Source of the DNA: Tubiluchus corallicola
Lineage: Eukaryota > Animalia > Priapulida
Assembly: GCA_030141605.1 (NCBI GenBank)
Contig: JAQGDQ010000003.1
Location: forward strand, 1 to 64,000
Length of the DNA stretch: 64,000 bases
Direction: 5' to 3'
Part shown: one piece after another, positions 58,713-64,000 of the stretch
Layout of the letters: each line of letters starts with the position of its first letter
How positions within the stretch are numbered: position 1 is the stretch's first letter
Notes under the pieces: generated by a model
What the model was told of the DNA's origin: nothing
Databases searched by the model: none
The model's input: only the letters and a program-made list of their open reading frames with translations
Position numbers and translations under genes: made by a program

Positions 58713-59708
58713 CTAAAAATCGGTGTTGTTTATATCATTTGGCAGTGGACGCCGACGTAATCGGCTAATCAAGAAAGATCGCAGCGCTTTGTATTTCCAA
58801 AAATACATGAGCGGATTGGCTGCTGAATTTATCGCAAGCCCAAGATTTCGAAGTAGCCTAAGTGAAGTGTACTGTTGAGATGATGCAGCGTGAGTTAAAA
58901 TCTTAAAAAGCGTGTCAAAGGACGTACACACCAAAGTGGTTCCTACGATGATAAGGACCGTCTTGGCAGATTTCATTTTTGACTTCATGCTCTCTCTTGT
59001 GTTGACAGTGCTAGCTTCTGTGTTTGCTGGTAAGACGCTCTTTCGCAGTTTCCAAGCCACAGCTACGATACGGATGTAACAGAAGACAAATACTAAAACA
59101 ACTGCCATATACTCGCCGACTTGAAACCACACATAACCATTACTCGACATAAAGTCGTATATACAATTAGCGTCGGCAATCCAGTTATTTAAAGTCATAA
59201 ACGTACTGATAAAACCAAGAATGCACGAGTAAAACCAGCCTACAATGATCATTGTAACTGTCTTCTCAGGTGTAACCCATATGGGGTATTGCAATGGATA
59301 AGCAATGCATACGTATCTGTCCAATGTGACTAATGTTAGTGTAACCAGAGAAGCTGTAAGGAACGTGTTTAAACCAGTAACAATGATGGTGCAGTGGATC
59401 TTACTTGGTATTGGTATGGTTACCAATACAACATGGCCGCCAAATCCTCCCACACAGAAATCAGCTATTGCCAAGTTCAGAATGAAACGATACTTGGAAA
59501 GATTCCTCAATTGTCGAAAACTCACAATGGCAACGATAACTACAGCGTTGAGCACAAGAATAGACACGATGATGCTCGACATCAGAGCACGGAAAACAAT
59601 GCTACCGAAAGATTTTGGTGCCAAGAGCAAGGTTGGAACGTCACTTGTCGAAACGTTTGACTGATTTAAAAATGCGAAGACAATCTCAGAGCTGACAATT
59701 TCATCCAT
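58713..59708 (-). CDS. Orphan rhodopsin-like (class A) GPCR, single coding exon, 331 aa
   Basis: Seven hydrophobic segments; TM1 Asn (LNAVV), NLAIAD, TM3 Cys, LDRY, YPLQY, TM4 Trp, KSAKTV, NSAANPLMY; N-terminal sequons NQS and NVS. Confidence 0.93.
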   Translation of the reverse strand: MDEIVSSEIVFAFLNQSNVSTSDVPTLLLAPKSFGSIVFRALMSSIIVSILVLNAVVIVAIVSFRQLRNLSKYRFILNLAIADFCVGGFGGHVVLVTIPIPSKIHCTIIVTGLNTFLTASLVTLTLVTLDRYVCIAYPLQYPIWVTPEKTVTMIIVGWFYSCILGFISTFMTLNNWIADANCIYDFMSSNGYVWFQVGEYMAVVLVFVFCYIRIVAVAWKLRKSVLPANTEASTVNTRESMKSKMKSAKTVLIIVGTTLVCTSFDTLFKILTHAASSQQYTSLRLLRNLGLAINSAANPLMYFWKYKALRSFLISRLRRRPLPNDINNTDF

Positions 59709-61584
59709 GATGTTTATTCAGGAACGTCTGCTCTATTTTGCAGATTTTAATTGGATAGCAAAAACCGACTATCCCCTTTAACCGATGCCGCTGTGACTGT
59801 CAACGATGTGAGACGAATATGTAATAAAGAATTACTTGACCGCCTCGTAGTTACGCATGTTGCTTATTAGACGCGTTGACGCACGTGTATTCGTGACAAG
59901 TTAAAGCTCAGCTTTCAGAATCCGATTATTCTCTATTCACCCCCGTATCAGTTTTGTGTGCTGCGGAGCTTTTAAAATAAGATATGAGAGAATAATGCTG
60001 GACAGATGATTAATAAATAAACTGGGCAAGCGTGAAATTAATCTATCTCAGAAACGGTGATTTATTTGCTTGCTTCATCTAGGTTTACCAATGATGAGCG
60101 TCGAACAATTAATTCAAGGCTTGTATAAAATACTAATATTGTATTACCAATTTTTCGTAAATCTAGCCAGATTTCACATTACGGAAATTCACTCCCATTT
60201 TCATAACTAACTTTGCTTAATACAATTATTACAGAAAACATGTCTCGCGGCATGAGCGGAATACAATTATATTATTCTGTAGTACAGTATTGAGAGAGGT
60301 ATAAAGAATCAGGCCTCAATTTTAGTAGCCTCTTTTTACAGGACAGTTAACAGTGTAAAGAGACTGATGAAACTTAGCAAACCCAAATCACGAGCGATGT
60401 AATTTACCTACAAACAGTTAGTTATCATATGGTCAGCGGGGGGGGGGGGTCATAGGTTTCATAAGCTTAAGGCTGCTATCAACAATAAAAATAATTTTTG
60501 TTCACTTGCGGAACACAGTGTTGAAAAATGTCTTAAAAGCGTCCAAGGGACAAAGGGTTTTTTTGAAGAAAAATATAGCTCTTTCACCGCTTTAGAAAGA
60601 AAATAAACCGGCAATGTCGGTCTCTTTTACAAATGCCTCTATCAGGATCAACGATTCTAAGTTAATTTTGGGAATCGTTTTTCTGGACGACCATGTATTT
60701 TGAATAAGTTGAACGGCTGAATTTGATATATACTTGTCCCAAGCAAGTTCAGTTTTAATAATTTTGTTATCAAAAATGCAGTAGCGTTATCTAACTTTAA
60801 CAATTATTTGGTCATCGTTCTTAGGACTCCTAAAGGTTAATTGACTCCTGCATATTGTGGGACACACAATATATGTAATTTGTAAAATGACTAGCTAAAG
60901 TTGTATTACGTGGGCTGTTAGCTTAAAGCCAAACAAAAGAAAGCCAACTGTCAGATTTGATAGCTTCTTATTCCTTAGGGAAAACACTTGAGTTTATTGT
61001 TGTGACTTGGATGCAGTTAGCTGCCACATTATTAATTAGTAAGCCACCCGCTAATAATGGAAAGCGAAGCCATAGTCACCTAATCTGTAGCACTTACAAA
61101 TTGCAGTAAACAGAAGCACTATGAAGCATCGAACACATATCTTTTCCGATCTTTGGTTACAGGTAAAATAGGTGCATTGAAGTATAGCACACTGAACCTA
61201 GTTAACCAGATACGTGTGCACACGCATTTATAATTTGATTGTAGCCAGGGTCAACAAGAGAGTATTTATATTGTGTTACGTTACGTTACATTATATTAAT
61301 CTGAGGTTTGTTTATTTACTTATTTGTACTATAAGGTAATACGTTTGCGTAATGCTTTTGTTGGTACCCTGACAAACCCTCCTTATAGCTCCTGGTGACC
61401 CCTGTAAAACCAATCAAAGAACTCCATTTAAGTGCATATCGCTGCTTGAGAAATAAGCTAAATTTTCTTTTAAACGCTTAGGCAATGTTCACCTATGTAA
61501 ACCCTAGTTACCGCACAGTCAGCAACAGTTATAGTAATAATTCTTATTGTCCTAAATTGGTAATAATCACAATAGGGTAGTGGA

Positions 61585-61852
<268 letters not shown>

Positions 61853-62826
61853 TAAAATATTTTCATTTTTATAATCAGATATTAAACAGCAAGAGTGTGA
61901 CTTTTATATGCGTGGGCTTCTGCTACGTTTCTCCCGCAATATCATATTTATCAACATTTATTAACGGACTAGCCGCGTCTTTGTATAAGACGGTATATAT
62001 GTTAGTGAACCCAACAAACGTCAGTAATAAAGATGTTCATTTTTAAGTGAGCTTTCTTGTGGACTGTTAGTAGGATAAATCGTTTTCATTCAGTCTTCAG
62101 AACACTGTGCACTTAAACAAAATGTAAATGATTTTATAAGTGTTAAATCACACCATTTATCGCTTTTGTCAGTTGCTGAAAATCCTAGTTTTCGTAAAGA
62201 TATAAAAAGTAACATTACTCATACGTTCGATTTGAAAACTTTTACGCAAATTTTATTGATCCAACATCGGTATTCCAACTATAAAACAGTTTTTGAGTAG
62301 TTGACTTTTACCTTGAGTCACCCAACAACGTAGCTGACTACACATTCTATAGTCAGGTGTTGTATGTCATCCAAGTTTCAAGTTTGGGTATCTAGCTACT
62401 TACGGCTTTCGAGTTGTAAAACTGTGGTTTTGCTATTATCATGAGCGACTAACCCTTGTAGCTACTACAAACTACTGTAGTATGTCTCCCATCTTGAGAC
62501 TGACACTATAAGCTACTTGGGTTGGTTGGCTAACTACTTATGAGCTATAATCTTCTTGTTGTTAGCTGAGCATCATAAAATGTAAAATAAAGACTCAATT
62601 TTAGTACTTGACTGATTCTTAAACCACAAAATCATTGCACTAGTGTTCAGGTGTATTTGTAAATAAACACCAAGATCACGCAGTGAATCTTCTGACATAA
62701 AATAAATTATAAAGACATACCAAGAAATTACTTACAGCTTTACTTAACACATATCTTACATGGGCGGGATAGGAAGTGTAGTAACAATTTACAGTTTTAA
62801 GAATCTGCTGTATGCTGCTGGCTGAA

Positions 62827-63124
62827 CTACATTCTGTCATCTGACATAGGATTGTCATACGTGGCATCATCTAATGAGACGTTTTTGTTTGTCTGGCACA
62901 TTTTCGCATACAAGAAGAATGCCAGCAAGCATAACAATGCAGTCCCTACCACAGCACTAGCAATGGATGCCACAAAAATTGTTCTAGTGAACTGTTTTTC
63001 TGATGGTGTTCGAACTTCGATACACTTGGGGTTGTCGTATGTGTAAGGAGAAATCTCCATGAAAATGCATAGGCTGTAATCTGTATCCGGTTCCAAATCT
63101 TCAAAGCGGTGCTGGTTTGTGTTC
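62827..63124 (-). CDS. Terminal exon of a type I membrane protein: end of FN3 domain + TM helix + short Tyr-containing tail (5' boundary uncertain, 63124 or 63159)
   Basis: HRFEDLEPDTDYSLCI (FN3 LxPxTxY), CIEVRT, TM TIFVASIASAVVGTALLCLLAFFLY, tail ATYDNPM*; resembles the C-termini of LRR-FN3 surface proteins. Confidence 0.75.
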
Positions 63125-63865
63125 CTTAATTGAATATTTGAATAATTAATTTTGCACGGCTGCAACATTTACGTGAATAACAGTAAACTATCTTGATATA
63201 CATAACTATTAGTAAATATCATTATTTACATGTATCAATGGTAAAATATCATTAACTGTTAAGCTGAAATAAATTTTAGGTTCTAGAATTAAAAAATCGT
63301 GTAAAAGAATGATATTTCTGTTTTGCGCTTCATTGGTATCACTCATAGTAGACGTATTGGACTGTGTTTCGCAGGCGTAAATGCGACATGATTTCATAAA
63401 CTGTGTTACCGCTTGGTATGGTTTAGGCCTACTGGCCTACTACTCTAAAGTATCCAATGCCCGTGGGCTTCCATTCACAAAGAACCCTAAACTTGATCCA
63501 TTCTTCGCACGTATTTATACCATAAAGACAAAAAAGGCAAGGAAAGAATACGGCTAGAGCAGTAAAAAATAACAACAAAAGGGTACGTAATAAGACAGCA
63601 AACAAAAACGTTAAACGACAAATAAGGCAAAGACGAAAATGCAATAGGTAAAAAGGTAAGGGTAGAGATAAAAAATAATAAATAAACGAAGAGAAATTGA
63701 TGGGTAAAAAGGCAAATGCAGAAAAGCAATTAGTAAAAATGCCATAGATAAAAACACAAACGATATTAATTATATGTTTGAGGGCGATTGAATGCAATAA
63801 CGCTTTCAACAGCACAGTTCTGAAAAATGTTTTAAAAGAGCTAGTAAATTCTAATGGAAACTTAC

Positions 63866-63928
63866 CTGCTCAAAATGGCGTCTAAAATTATCGTTTCTTC
63901 TTCGTCTGGTGTCGCTGCGCTTATGTGA
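63866..63928 (-). CDS. Probable penultimate exon of the FN3-TM gene
   Basis: tttttttcag acceptor and CAG|GTAAGT donor; the phase-2 reading HISAATPDEEETIILDAILS(R) joins in frame to NTNQHRFEDLEP through an AAG acceptor (exon start 63124). Confidence 0.55.
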
Positions 63929-64000
63929 CTGAAAAAAATCCTGTTGTTTTATATGTGCTTGTTAAAAAACGATAGAAATTGCTGTAAAAGGATTTTCCAT

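Noticed and set aside
63429-63815. Hydrophobic 128-aa and 80-aa ORFs
   Set aside because: T-rich intronic low-complexity sequence between two FN3-gene exons; no motif.

Overview
AT-rich, intron-rich genomic DNA from an invertebrate animal (eukaryotic, not prokaryotic); the ORF track is mostly noise and the genes must be spliced by hand. Five genes are supported. (1) A complete 16-coding-exon delta-1-pyrroline-5-carboxylate synthase (P5CS/ALDH18A1, minus, 39964->6388, 788 aa by my exon sum) with a 15.25 kb last intron. (2) A four-exon gustatory-receptor-like (GRL, 7TM ion-channel) gene (minus, 54002->45723, 449 aa) with three 3' phase-0 introns, one of them GC-AG. (3) Nested antisense inside that gene's second intron, a two-exon secreted enzyme (plus, 48087->50529) whose intronless catalytic exon resembles bacterial sphingomyelinase C (EEP fold), with altered substrate-pocket motifs; this is the most notable item. 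(4) A single-exon orphan class A GPCR (minus, 59708->58713). (5) The 3' end of an FN3 + transmembrane protein gene. The rest is transposon debris: tandem Helitron-like elements, Kolobok-like TTAA MITEs, a pogo/Tigger-like MITE with a nested RTE LINE, CR1-clade LINE remnants, inverted minisatellite arms (foldback-like), a ~146-bp satellite and microsatellites. All homology calls come from recognised motifs, not database searches.
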